From a virus (taxonomy: Duplodnaviria; Heunggongvirae; Uroviricota; Caudoviricetes), in IMG/VR virus record IMGVR_UViG_2534681697_000027, positions 1 through 31,309 of that record: a stretch of DNA of 31,309 nt. One strand, 5' to 3'. This document shows, piece by piece, positions 1-11,656 of the stretch; position 1 is the stretch's first letter, and each line of letters starts with the position of its first letter. The position numbers were made by a program, and so were the translations under genes. Under the pieces are notes generated by a model that searched no databases, was not told the origin of the DNA, and saw nothing but the letters and a program-made list of their open reading frames with translations.

Positions 1-268
1 AGATGCGAAGTGATGATCGATAGTGATGCGAATAAGTGTTCGATTCAGATGCGATTATGCAATATGATTTTATGTGTGTTGCTTAATTATCATATTTCTT
101 GCCCGTTCCCCGCCGCGCAGATCCGGTTTCCGGCTGAAGTGGATACAGACCTGATTTGTTGCTGAGTATCGGTAAAAGTGCGGCTTATAAGCTATTCTGA
201 AACATGGCAAGTGAATCTGGGCGGTATAATTCCGGCAAATGTCATCTGTATTTAAAGGACGTGTGAGT

Positions 269-366
269 ATGAAATTTCTGGAATGTGCTGTCCGGGATGT
301 GATTTATGGGACCAATGTCCGTATTGTCAAACCGGTCAACATTTATGAATGTGAACTCAGGGACAA
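269..366 (+). pseudogene. 5' fragment of an unknown ORF ([33 protein letters not shown]) cut off by the IS2 left end
   Basis: ATG at 269 opens a frame that runs straight into the IS2 terminus, where a stop from the IS sequence ends it; no 3' continuation in window. Confidence 0.3.
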
Positions 367-457
367 TAGACTGGCCCCCTGAATCTCCAGACAACCAGTA
401 TCACTTAAATAAGTGATAGTCTTAATACTAGTTTTTAGACTAGTCATTGGAGTACAG

Positions 458-823
458 ATGATTGATGTCTTAGGGCCGGAGAAACGCAGACGGCGTACCA
501 CACAGGAAAAGATCGCAATTGTTCAGCAGAGCTTTGAACCGGGGATGACGGTCTCCCTCGTTGCCCGGCAACATGGTGTAGCAGCCAGCCAGTTATTTCT
601 CTGGCGTAAGCAATACCAGGAAGGAAGTCTTACTGCTGTGGCCGCCGGAGAACAGGTTGTTCCTGCCTCTGAACTTGCTGCCGCCATGAAGCAGATTAAA
701 GAACTCCAGCGCCTGCTCGGCAAGAAAACGATGGAAAATGAACTCCTCAAAGAAGCCGTTGAATATGGACGGGCAAAAAAGTGGATAGCGCACGCGCCCT
801 TATTGCCCGGGGATGGGGAGTAA
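458..823 (+). CDS. insC: IS2 transposase OrfA (InsC), 121 aa
   Basis: [41 protein letters not shown]... matches recalled InsC; the track ORF begins 15 codons upstream. Confidence 0.85.
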
Positions 824-1686
824 GCTTAGTCAGCCGTTGTCTCCGGGTGTCGCGTGCGCAGTTGCACGTCATTCTCAGACGAACCGATGACTGGATGGAT
901 GGCCGCCGCAGTCGTCACACTGATGATACGGATGTGCTTCTCCGTATACACCATGTTATCGGAGAGCTGCCCACGTATGGTTATCGTCGGGTATGGGCGC
1001 TGCTTCGCAGACAGGCAGAACTTGATGGTATGCCTGCGATCAATGCCAAACATGTTTACCGGATCATGCGCCAGAATGCGCTGTTGCTTGAGCGAAAACC
1101 TGCTGTACCGCCATCGAAACGGGCACATACAGGCAGAGTGGCCGTGAAAGAAAGCAATCAGCGATGGTGCTCTGACGGGTTCGAGTTCTGCTGTGATAAC
1201 GGAGAGAGACTGCGTGTCACGTTCGCGCTGGACTGCTGTGATCGTGAGGCACTGCACTGGGCGGTGACTACCGGCGGCTTCAACAGTGAAACAGTACAGG
1301 ACGTCATGCTGGGAGCGGTGGAACGCCGCTTCGGCAACGATCTTCCGTCGTCTCCAGTGGAGTGGCTGACGGATAATGGTTCATGCTACCGGGCTAATGA
1401 AACACGCCAGTTCGCCCGGATGTTGGGACTTGAACCGAAGAACACGGCGGTGCGGAGTCCGGAGAGTAACGGAATAGCAGAGAGCTTCGTGAAAACGATA
1501 AAGCGTGACTACATCAGTATCATGCCCAAACCAGACGGGTTAACGGCAGCAAAGAACCTTGCAGAGGCGTTCGAGCATTATAACGAATGGCATCCGCATA
1601 GTGCGCTGGGTTATCGCTCGCCACGGGAATATCTGCGGCAGCGGGCTTGTAATGGGTTAAGTGATAACAGATGTCTGGAAATATAG
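781..1686 (+). CDS. insD: IS2 transposase OrfB (InsD), 301 aa, DDE domain
   Basis: 301-aa ORF overlapping insC in the -1 frame; sequence matches recalled InsD. Confidence 0.9.
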
Positions 1687-1698
1687 GGGCAAATCCAA

Positions 1699-2041
1699 TA
1701 GCTATTCCATCTCTACAAACAATAGTGATGATTTGCTTCTGGTCTCGCCATTGTTCAACCGTAGAAATAAAGGTTTCTACAAGTTGCCCCTGTCTGGTTA
1801 ATAGAACTGAACCCGTCGAATCAACCACTACAACACCGCTAATAGAGATGGTCTTAGGTGCTCTCTGAACATTATCAGTGATAGTTTGCCCCGATTGCAT
1901 AGCCTGAGTTGTCACCATCATCGGTGAGTCATAGTCCATCTGTTCAGTAGCTGTTAAGGCAAGAAAAGATTCTACATTATCTCTAAGGTGAAAATAGATA
2001 CCATCTTTACCTGAGTATCTAATTTGCTTTGTGTCAAACAT
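1699..2041 (-). pseudogene. 5' portion (about 114 codons) of a phage tail/baseplate-region gene truncated by IS2
   Basis: Minus-strand ORF starting at 2041 reads without a stop into the IS2 right end at 1698. Confidence 0.4.
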
Positions 2042-2044
2042 TGT

Positions 2045-2247
2045 TTATTCCTCTGGGTAAGCTGAGCTAATCAAGGTATCTTCCTGCATACGATTAATAT
2101 GAGATGTGGTTCTTTCATCAATAACCTTTCCATCAAGTACCGTCTGAGTTGTGATATTGATTGTCTGAGGCTGAATATTTACTGACGGCTTGATAACCTT
2201 TAAATCTTGTGTGAATGTTTCCACTCGACCTTTCAGATTATTTAATG
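2045..2247 (-). pseudogene. 3' fragment of a phage tail-region ORF lying directly outside the IS911-like terminus
   Basis: Track ORF 2045..2326; its first ~26 codons lie inside the IS terminal repeat, so only 2045-2247 is phage-derived. Confidence 0.25.
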
Positions 2248-4325
<2,078 letters not shown>

Positions 4326-4329
<4 letters not shown>

Positions 4330-4769
4330 ACCAGATCCCACATTTCAGAGTTGATGTAATACGTACCAGTAATGGTGATGGCCACACCCGGCTCGCCCCC
4401 GGCGAAGGTCATATCCTGCACGTTGGTGATCGCCGTGTTATAGATATCGAAGTCACCGAACACCGTGCTGTCGCTATACACTTTTGCGTCGCCGATCGTG
4501 GCATTCTTTTCCCATTGCGCCTTGAATTGTTTTCCCAGCGCCTGGCTACGCAGCAGATGAACACGCGCCTGTAAAATCATGTATGGCTGCGGCGACTGCA
4601 CGGCTCCCGTCATAGCGGGTAAAAACTCCGTGATATTGCCCTGACAGGACAATTCGACGCCTTCTTTTGCCAGAAATGAGGCGGACACATTCAGTTCAGA
4701 ATGGGAGGTGAATTTAACGCTGGCGCGAACCCGGTTAAGGGTGCCAACGGGGATCATTGGATTAGGCAC
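4326..4769 (-). CDS. Tail tube-like protein, 147 aa
   Basis: Small ORF between a sheath-sized ORF and the chaperone pair; assignment by size and position only. Confidence 0.35.
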
Positions 4770-4780
4770 GGTTCAGTCCC

Positions 4781-6034
4781 TCACGAAAGCTGCATTGTCA
4801 CATTGATGTTAAAAATGATTTCGACAAATCCGCGCATCGGCGTATAGGAGGCCGAAAGGCCTGCATAACGCCCGATACCGTAATCATTGGGATTAGTGTT
4901 GATATACTGGCGGAAAGGCACTGCATCGATGACAGGCTGACCGTTGACCAGGCCGTAAGATACGCCCGTATTGAACACCGCCTGTGCGAGCTGCATATCG
5001 ACATTAATCTGCACCCAGTCCACGGAATACCAGTACGTCATATCGTTACCGTCACTGGTAACGCCTTTCACCAGAATCGTGTTGGAAATTCCCCCCTCAG
5101 CCCCCGTGTCGACGTAGTTAATATTCTGCTTCGTCATCGTGACCAGAATTGAATTTTTGCCCGTGTGGGCGTTTACCGCCTGTAGATAGCGAAATGCCAT
5201 CGGCGGCACCTTGTTGATTTCTGAAGGTGATGCGGAAACATAGTTCCACATTACGGCTGCTGCCGCGTTTGTCGCCGGGTACGTATCATCCGCCGTTGCA
5301 ATAACCGACTTAATACCGGCATAAGGCGAAACGTAATTCGTGTCGTCCGGCGTTTTCGTCAGCACGAAGAAATACTGCATCGCTTCGTTGGCGGTGTGGA
5401 GTTTTGCCAGACTGATAAACTCTGCGTCACCATCCCACGGCTGCGGCACCAGATACGCATAAAAACGCAGGAGCGGATCTTCCATATAAGCTTTCAGTGC
5501 AGCGATTTCCTTACTGACTCCACCTTTCTGTACTCCCAGCTCCAGCAGGTAAATCCCAACTGAATTTCCCTGGGCAAAAAACGTGTTTACTGCCGTCACC
5601 AGATTTTCACTGCCAACAATGGAAAACTGCCCCAGTGTCACTGGCGAACCGGAAAGCTGAGAATCAGCAATCGTCCAGGTCAGTGTTTTTTCATCCGTGA
5701 CGGTAGCAGTATATTCGCCATTCCACGCGTCGGGCGAACACCCGGAAACAACAATTTTCACCTCAGAACTGTTTTCGCGTCGGATGTTGCTCCCTTCCGG
5801 AAGCGTCATCGTAACGGTGACGTTTGCCGCAGATTTTCCTGCAGCAGCCGCCGACAACGCAGCAATCGGATTTCTTACCAGATCGTTAATATCCTGATTA
5901 CGGGTGAGTAATACAGGCTTTCCCGGCTCATGAGTCGTGGAGCCAAACGAGAGAACAGCGGACATCTGCTGCAAATTCGAGGGAATGGCCCCGATGGTCT
6001 GGGACACATTCACCGTGACGATATTAAACCCCAT
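4781..6034 (-). CDS. Tail sheath-like structural protein, 417 aa
   Basis: Large ORF directly upstream of the tube-like gene; start overlaps upstream stop (TAATG); assignment by position. Confidence 0.35.
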   Translation of the reverse strand: MGFNIVTVNVSQTIGAIPSNLQQMSAVLSFGSTTHEPGKPVLLTRNQDINDLVRNPIAALSAAAAGKSAANVTVTMTLPEGSNIRRENSSEVKIVVSGCSPDAWNGEYTATVTDEKTLTWTIADSQLSGSPVTLGQFSIVGSENLVTAVNTFFAQGNSVGIYLLELGVQKGGVSKEIAALKAYMEDPLLRFYAYLVPQPWDGDAEFISLAKLHTANEAMQYFFVLTKTPDDTNYVSPYAGIKSVIATADDTYPATNAAAAVMWNYVSASPSEINKVPPMAFRYLQAVNAHTGKNSILVTMTKQNINYVDTGAEGGISNTILVKGVTSDGNDMTYWYSVDWVQINVDMQLAQAVFNTGVSYGLVNGQPVIDAVPFRQYINTNPNDYGIGRYAGLSASYTPMRGFVEIIFNINVTMQLS

Positions 6035-6978
6035 TATTTAACCTCATATTTACAAATGACTTTTTCAATCAACTGCCGGGATATTTCCCGGGCGGTGCTC
6101 TGGTAGTAATTCACGTCAAAATCGACAATCTTTTTCTTCGCCAGAGCGTTGATTTCAACCTGTCCCGACTTTGCGTCCTGAACCACCGGAATATTGGTTA
6201 CACCAAACTTTTCCTCCTCCAGCGCCCTGTTCACCACCGAGTCGACAAGATCCAGCGCCATTTTATTGCTGAATCCATAAAGCGTCAGGCGAACCGAATC
6301 CTGGACGAGCTGGAATCGCTCACCACCGAAAACAACGGGAGCCACCTGCAATGGAATACTGTTGCGAACATCCACCGCGATATACGGAGGGCGAAGGTTC
6401 TGCGGTACCAGGTAAGACGGATACACGGTCGCGGCATCTTTCATTTGCAGCCAGATCGGGATGCTGTTGGATATGATCTGCTCGTCGCTGATATCCTCCT
6501 CGCAGTCGATAATCTGGGAACGCATGGTTGGAAAAATCGCCATGCCGCGATAATGAAAAATACCCGACTGCTGATAGCGGCTCTCCATTCGAGAAAAAGC
6601 GAACTGGACGCCGCCGTACTCACCGAGATAGATCGCATCGGGATTTTCCACATTAAAATCATCAACCTGCTGAACAGGCGTGAAAATAATGTTGTTCACA
6701 TCCTTCGAGACAGACTCGTCCTGAATCGCAATAATCTGACGATGCAGGCTGCCTTTGATTTTCAGACGAGTTGGTGACTCAATATTCAGACGACACAGTT
6801 CATCGCAACTGATGATTTCCGCATTAACCCAATAGACAAAGCCATCCAGCGGCAGAACCTGCCGGACATAGAGCCTGAACGTGATTTCCTAGTCTGACGA
6901 GATGGTTTCAACTGCGGATTTAAGAACGGACGAGAGCTGCGAACTGTGCTGTTCGGCTAATTCTTCAAGACTCGGCAT
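6034..6978 (-). pseudogene. Phage structural gene (315 codons) carrying an in-frame TAG at codon 30
   Basis: ATG at 6978 overlaps the upstream gene by 14 nt; frame is MPSLEELAEQHSSQLSSVLKSAVETISSD-TAG-EITFRLYVRQ... and continues into track ORF 6034..6699. Confidence 0.5.
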
Positions 6979-7407
6979 TGTTATCTATCCACGCTATAAA
7001 GCTGCCCTTAAACAGGCCGCCATCTATGAATGACGGGCGCCGCTCCCCGGTATATTTGTCCTTAAGCCTTGAGTTAACACCCTGTAACGCAGCCTGGGTT
7101 GGGACCTGATTTCCGTTGATCGTCATTCCGGCCATTTCTTCGGTTTCAAGAAATATATGGAAAATCTTCCCGGTCCCTTCCAGAAAATGCTCGCCAGGTA
7201 GCGGAGCCTTATACTTGAAGTGATTGACCAACTGGTACGCCAGTTCAGTACCTGCCTCCTGGATAATCTCGTCCTTATGCATTTCCCAGAAGTGCGTAAA
7301 AATTTCGTATCGCTCCTCGAGGTCACAGGCCACGTCAAACGTGGTTTTTCCCAGTTCGTCGCCGTAGTCATACGGCTGGTCGATAACCCCAAAACAAAGT
7401 TTCATGG
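6965..7407 (-). CDS. Phage structural protein, 146 aa (MKLCFGVIDQPYDYG...)
   Basis: ATG at 7407-7405 overlaps the upstream stop (ATGA); within the packed late operon. Confidence 0.45.
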
Positions 7408-7718
7408 CGTGTAACCCCATACCGTGCCCATCTGCATCAGCACCGCAACAACCTGTCGTCCATACGGATCCTGTAACATCTGCAAATCCAGCAAAGACAG
7501 ATTACTCAGCGCGTCGCTGATGGTGATCGAACCAGATGTCCCCTGGTCTGCTGCCGCGCTGACAAGCCCGGTAGCCAGTTTCCCAAGGTTGAGTTTTTTT
7601 CTCAGGTCGGCAAACCACGAGCCGGGAGCGAAATTCAGGAGAAATGAGGCGGCAGCGTTATAAACCGTTCGCACATAGATGATGGGTAAACGCTCCAGCC
7701 CCTGATCGTGAGGGATTA

Positions 7719-8634
7719 GGCTGTGTCCCTTAATTACGTAAGCGTTGATAAAAGAGTCGGATGCAGCCCAGTTTCACCATCGCCAGGTAATTTCTCGCCG
7801 TTTTGTCGTAACGCGTGGCGATGCGGCGATATTCTTTCAGCCGCCCAAAGCACCGTTCAACGACATTACGATTGCGGTACGCATCACGATCAAGCTGTGC
7901 ACGTCCATCCGATGCCATTTTCTCATTTGACTTTCGGGGGATTACTGCCTTTATACCGTTATTTTTCAGCTCGTTGCGCAATGCGCGCCCTGAATACGCT
8001 TTATCAGCCAGTACCGCATGTCCACGGCGTTTCATGCTGCCGTTCTGACGCTGAACGCCAATCCCGTCCAGAAGTCGTTGCGCGAACTGGCTTTCATGAG
8101 CTTGTCCGGGGCTTAGCACGATATTTAACGGGAGGCCACTTCCGTCTGTTGCCAGATGGATTTTGGTGCCAAAACCGCCGCGAGAGCGACCCAGTCCATT
8201 ATCTCCGTCGATATCGGGATGTTTTTTTGAGCACCGGCGGCACATTTCAGCGCCCGGATATTACTGCCATCCAGCGCGGTGGCAGACCAGTCAATAAAGC
8301 CGTTTGCATCAAGTAGCGAAAGCAACCTGTTGAAAATAATATTAATCACGCCTGACTTTGACCATCGGTTAAAGCGGTTATAAACAGTTTTCCATGACCC
8401 ATATCGTTCGGGTAAATCGCGCCATGGTGCACCGGAACATAACACCCAGAACATGCCATTGATGATTTTACGGTGCTCAGCCCATGGGCGTCCGGCCCGT
8501 GGTGTGGCGGGTTCAGGAGGTAACAGGGGCTTGATGATGGTCCATGCCTCATCGGGAAGGTCGTAGCGAGCCATAGTTCAATATGTTGTGTAAACAGACA
8601 GTTACTATAGCTCAGATGATTAAGGGACACAGCC
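7719..8634 (-). mobile_element. IS5-family (IS427-group-like) element, copy A, 916 bp, flanked by TA
   Basis: Inverted termini GGCTGTGTCCCTTAAT / ATTAAGGGACACAGCC; TA at 7717-7718 and 8635-8636; ~99% identical to copy B. Confidence 0.8.
7730..8574 (-). CDS. IS5-family DDE transposase encoded as two overlapping frames (8574->8125 and 8245->7730) joined by a -1 shift
   Basis: ORF1 MARYDLPDEAWTIIKPLLPP...; ORF2 carries DDE-like residues (LATDGSG, LADKAYSG, NVVERCFGRLKEY); A AAA AAC heptamer in the overlap. Confidence 0.75.
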
Positions 8635-8759
8635 TAGCTCCATAGCAGACTGAAAGCAACATTCCAGCGTCGGATCATCGTCAGCAATAGCGTGAACCGA
8701 TACTTTCATGTCGTCACGAACAAAGCGAATAAATCCCTCCAGTGACGGACGCAAGGTCA

Positions 8760-9230
8760 TTATTTTTTAACCTTAATATTTCGCTTTGTGCTGGGCGGAT
8801 TTTCCTGTTCAGTGTTAATCGCTTCCCCGGTGATTTCCATTTCAATACCACCCGGTTGAGGTTTTTCGCCACTTTGAATCACTGCCTGATCCACTGCGTT
8901 ATTCAGCGATACGGCGCTGGCTGCAAGAATTTCTTCTGACAGGGATTCCAGATTTTCCGTTTTCTGCTCCGCGCAATCCTCAATGCGACCGACGCTCACA
9001 GGTTTATCGATGGAATAGCAGATACCGGAAAAATTCTTGTCCACCTTGTCACAACGCTGGAATCCGTAAGGCTCATGCTGTCGGATGATGTGGTCGATAA
9101 TATCGGACTGATTTTCGATCATATGCTGACGTCCGGACGGAATTGTCACACCGAACGACTGCGTTTTTTCGGGGAGTTTGTAGTTGAACGTGTGCGGCTG
9201 ACGTGAGCAGTTAGCGATGTAGAGCTTCAT
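8760..9230 (-). CDS. Phage structural protein of unknown function, about 156 aa
   Basis: ORF between major capsid and the IS-split gene; stop overlaps the downstream start (TAATG); start taken at MKLYIANC with an upstream GGG-rich ribosome-binding site. Confidence 0.4.
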   Translation of the reverse strand: MKLYIANCSRQPHTFNYKLPEKTQSFGVTIPSGRQHMIENQSDIIDHIIRQHEPYGFQRCDKVDKNFSGICYSIDKPVSVGRIEDCAEQKTENLESLSEEILAASAVSLNNAVDQAVIQSGEKPQPGGIEMEITGEAINTEQENPPSTKRNIKVKK

Positions 9231-9286
9231 AAATTTTTCCCACAAAAAAGGGAGCATTTAGCTCCCCGCGTTATCAGATTGAACGT

Positions 9287-10315
9287 TTATGCGTATTTGG
9301 CAGACAACAGGGTGATCCCCTCAGGGCGGAAGTTCCAGCCCGGCGTCGCGCGCATGGTATACAACGTGGTCAGGCCGCCATCCGGCATAGGGGACGGGAT
9401 TTCCGTCGGCGCTGCCATATCACAGAACATCACGTTGACGGCCTGCTGGTTAGGTACCAGCGTGGAGAAAATATTGGTGTTAATGGTGTGACGCGCTTCC
9501 GGAACCTCAATCGTCGGGTTCGTAACGATGATCAGGTCATTACCACCAGCGCCTTTACCGATCAGCGTGTCGTCCTAGCAGAACATGATGTCGTCGCCTG
9601 TCGCCTTATCGGCGACGTCTTTAACCATCGTTCCCACCGTTCCGGTACCACCACCAGGACGCTGGTAACTGGTCAGCTCAACAATTCCTGTCCACTCCAG
9701 CGCCTTCATGAATCGCTGTGGGCTCAGAATAACAGTCGTTAATGGCTGCCCCAGCAGCAACATGCGGGTTTTCTGGTCAGCAATCAGGCCAAGCATAAAT
9801 TTAGCCATCTCGCCGGAATCCCAGGTGGTGTACGAATCGTTACCTTTGCTGTCGTTGCCCAGATTCAGCGTCACTGCGTTCGGTGAGTTGGTGATCCCCT
9901 CGTTATTAGCTGCATTCACGCCATACAGCAGCATATTACGCAACATTTGAGCGTGTCCCTGACGGTTAGCCAGGCGCAGGCCTTCAATCAGAGAATAGCC
10001 CCAGCGATCTGCTGCATCAGTATCGAGATAGCTGTATTGCGAGCGGGAAGAAATTCGGTAAGTCATCATTCCGTCATAGCCGCCAGAGATACTGGAAGAC
10101 GGTAACTGACCCGGCAGAGACTGGCTGACCTGCGCCTGCGAGGTCATGCGCAGATATTTCTGATAGACCATCAAATCACTGGAACTGATTTTTACCGCTG
10201 GAGCACCACCGGCCAGGACTTCAAACGCCCCGGAAGCCATGCTCTGTTGCACGATCATTTCCGGCAGCACCATTGACGGCGACACAATAGTAGTCGCAGG
10301 AGTAAATGCGCTCAT
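9287..10315 (-). pseudogene. Major capsid-like protein (343 codons) with an in-frame TAG at codon 247
   Basis: Track ORF 9575..10315 ends at TAG (plus 9575-9577); the same frame stays open for 95 more codons (DDTLIGKGAGGNDLIIVTNPTIEVPEARHTINTNIF...) to TAA at 9287; size and position after scaffold fit a major capsid. Confidence 0.55.
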
Positions 10316-10329
10316 TAATTAATATCCCC

Positions 10330-10947
10330 TTAAATTAAAAACAGGCCGCACGGTTTGCCGATTTCCCAGACAACGTTACCACCATCCTCTTTTTTCACCG
10401 TCAGGTTTCCGTCAACTGAAACCATCAGCAGCTTAATATCCACTTTCGGATTAGCGCCGGGTGATCCCGAATAAACATCAACCATGTTTTTCGTCAGATC
10501 CCACACAAAACCACTGGCAGCAACGGTGTTATTTCCATCAGCCAGCGCAACAACTTCTGCACTGACAGGGAGAGGAATGCGGGCACCTGAGCCAACGCGG
10601 TAATAGTGAACAAAGCCACCCGCGAGATATAACGGCACCGGATTATCCGGCGTGGTAATGCCATGAAATGCCTGATTAAAGACAGTAAAGGCGTTACAGG
10701 CGTCCTTCGTGGCTTGTTTAATTACCGCGCCGTTAACGCTGTCTTTCGCGGGGGCAATGCACTCCATAACTCCAACGCCACCCCATACCGGTTCAGTGAT
10801 TTTGCTGTCCAGTCGACCGGAGCAAAGTTGCAGACGAATTGCCGGATCATCCTGCGCATCCCCCTGCATCAGCCCACGGGATTCGACGTTAAAAAGGCCA
10901 CCAAATGCTCCACGGTTTTTAAACGGATGAAAGTTAATATCAGCCAT
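10330..10947 (-). CDS. Head protein of unknown role (possible decoration or minor capsid), 205 aa
   Basis: ORF between scaffold and major capsid; start overlaps the scaffold stop. Confidence 0.35.
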   Translation of the reverse strand: MADINFHPFKNRGAFGGLFNVESRGLMQGDAQDDPAIRLQLCSGRLDSKITEPVWGGVGVMECIAPAKDSVNGAVIKQATKDACNAFTVFNQAFHGITTPDNPVPLYLAGGFVHYYRVGSGARIPLPVSAEVVALADGNNTVAASGFVWDLTKNMVDVYSGSPGANPKVDIKLLMVSVDGNLTVKKEDGGNVVWEIGKPCGLFLI

Positions 10948-11656
10948 TGTTCAGGCTCCCTTGAGTGTTAATTTTTGCCAGACGACGCCCCGGAATTTTG
11001 AAAGCACTCAGCCAGACGTTCGGATCGCCCTGATATTCAGTAATGCGACGTCCGGCTTCATCGTTGCGGATACGTTTATGCAGTTGCCCCTGCGTACTCA
11101 TCATTTCTTTTTCGATGGACTGACGGGCGGCACTGAAAATTGCGTCCTCAAGCACAGCCAGCGTTGCAGAATCCGCAATCGCGCGAATATTGACGTCCTT
11201 ATGTACCGAAGAGTGTTTCTGCATAGCGATTAGCGCACGCTTGCGGTAGTCCAGCGCATTTTCACCAGAAAACGGTGCTGGCGCGTTTTTACCGCAGGCA
11301 CTGAATGCGGAGTCGGCTTTTGCCTGTGCTTCTGCCAGGGCTGAGTCATTGCGTTCTTTTTCTGCCTCCTCGGCAGCCTTACGCTGTTCTTCCGCTTCGG
11401 AATCAGCCTTTGCTTTCTCCTCAGCGTCTTTAGCTGCCGCCTCGTCAGCTTTGGCTTTTTCTTCCGCCTCCTTTGCCGCAGCTTCATCAGCTTTACGCCG
11501 TTCCTCTGCGGCTTCATCGGCTTTGGCCTTTTCTTCGGCCTCTTTTTTCACCTGTTCTTCGGCATCCGCCCGCGCTTTGTCCCGCTGTTCTAGTGAGTCC
11601 ATGCGCGTAACGACACCATCGATTTTCTGATTAATGCCTTGCAGGGCATCGCTCAC
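10940..11656 (-). CDS. Scaffold-like coiled-coil head protein, 238 aa, now starting with GTG at the IS110 junction
   Basis: K/E/A-rich repeats (EEKAKADEAA...); position between head morphogenesis and capsid; first codon GTG whose G is the complement of the IS terminal base. Confidence 0.5.
   Translation of the reverse strand: MSDALQGINQKIDGVVTRMDSLEQRDKARADAEEQVKKEAEEKAKADEAAEERRKADEAAAKEAEEKAKADEAAAKDAEEKAKADSEAEEQRKAAEEAEKERNDSALAEAQAKADSAFSACGKNAPAPFSGENALDYRKRALIAMQKHSSVHKDVNIRAIADSATLAVLEDAIFSAARQSIEKEMMSTQGQLHKRIRNDEAGRRITEYQGDPNVWLSAFKIPGRRLAKINTQGSLNNG
11370..11560 (-). repeat. Imperfect tandem coding repeat (~30-33 nt units) inside the scaffold gene
   Basis: Repeating GCNGCNTCNTCNGCTTTNGC units encoding (A/E)EEKAKADEAA. 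Confidence 0.5.

Larger units (their letters stand above)
367..1697 (+). mobile_element. IS2 (IS3 family), complete 1331-bp element
   Basis: Left end TAGACTGGCCCCCTGAATCTCCAGACAACC and right end GGAAATATAGGGGCAAATCCA match recalled IS2 termini; contains insC/insD; flanking 5-mers differ (GACAA vs ATAGC), so no target duplication. Confidence 0.9.
7402..8760 (-). pseudogene. Phage structural gene (~147 codons) split by an IS5-family insertion: 5' part 8637-8760, 3' part 7402-7716
   Basis: Removing 7719-8634 and one TA copy restores a continuous frame MTLRPSLEGFIRFVRDDMKVSVHAIADDDPTLECCFQSAMEL|IPHDQGLERLPIIYVRTVYN... Confidence 0.6.

Noticed and set aside
11370-11560. Tandem repeat in the scaffold gene as a CRISPR-like or satellite array
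   Set aside because: The repeats are imperfect, in frame and encode a K/E/A coiled-coil segment; there are no unique spacers.
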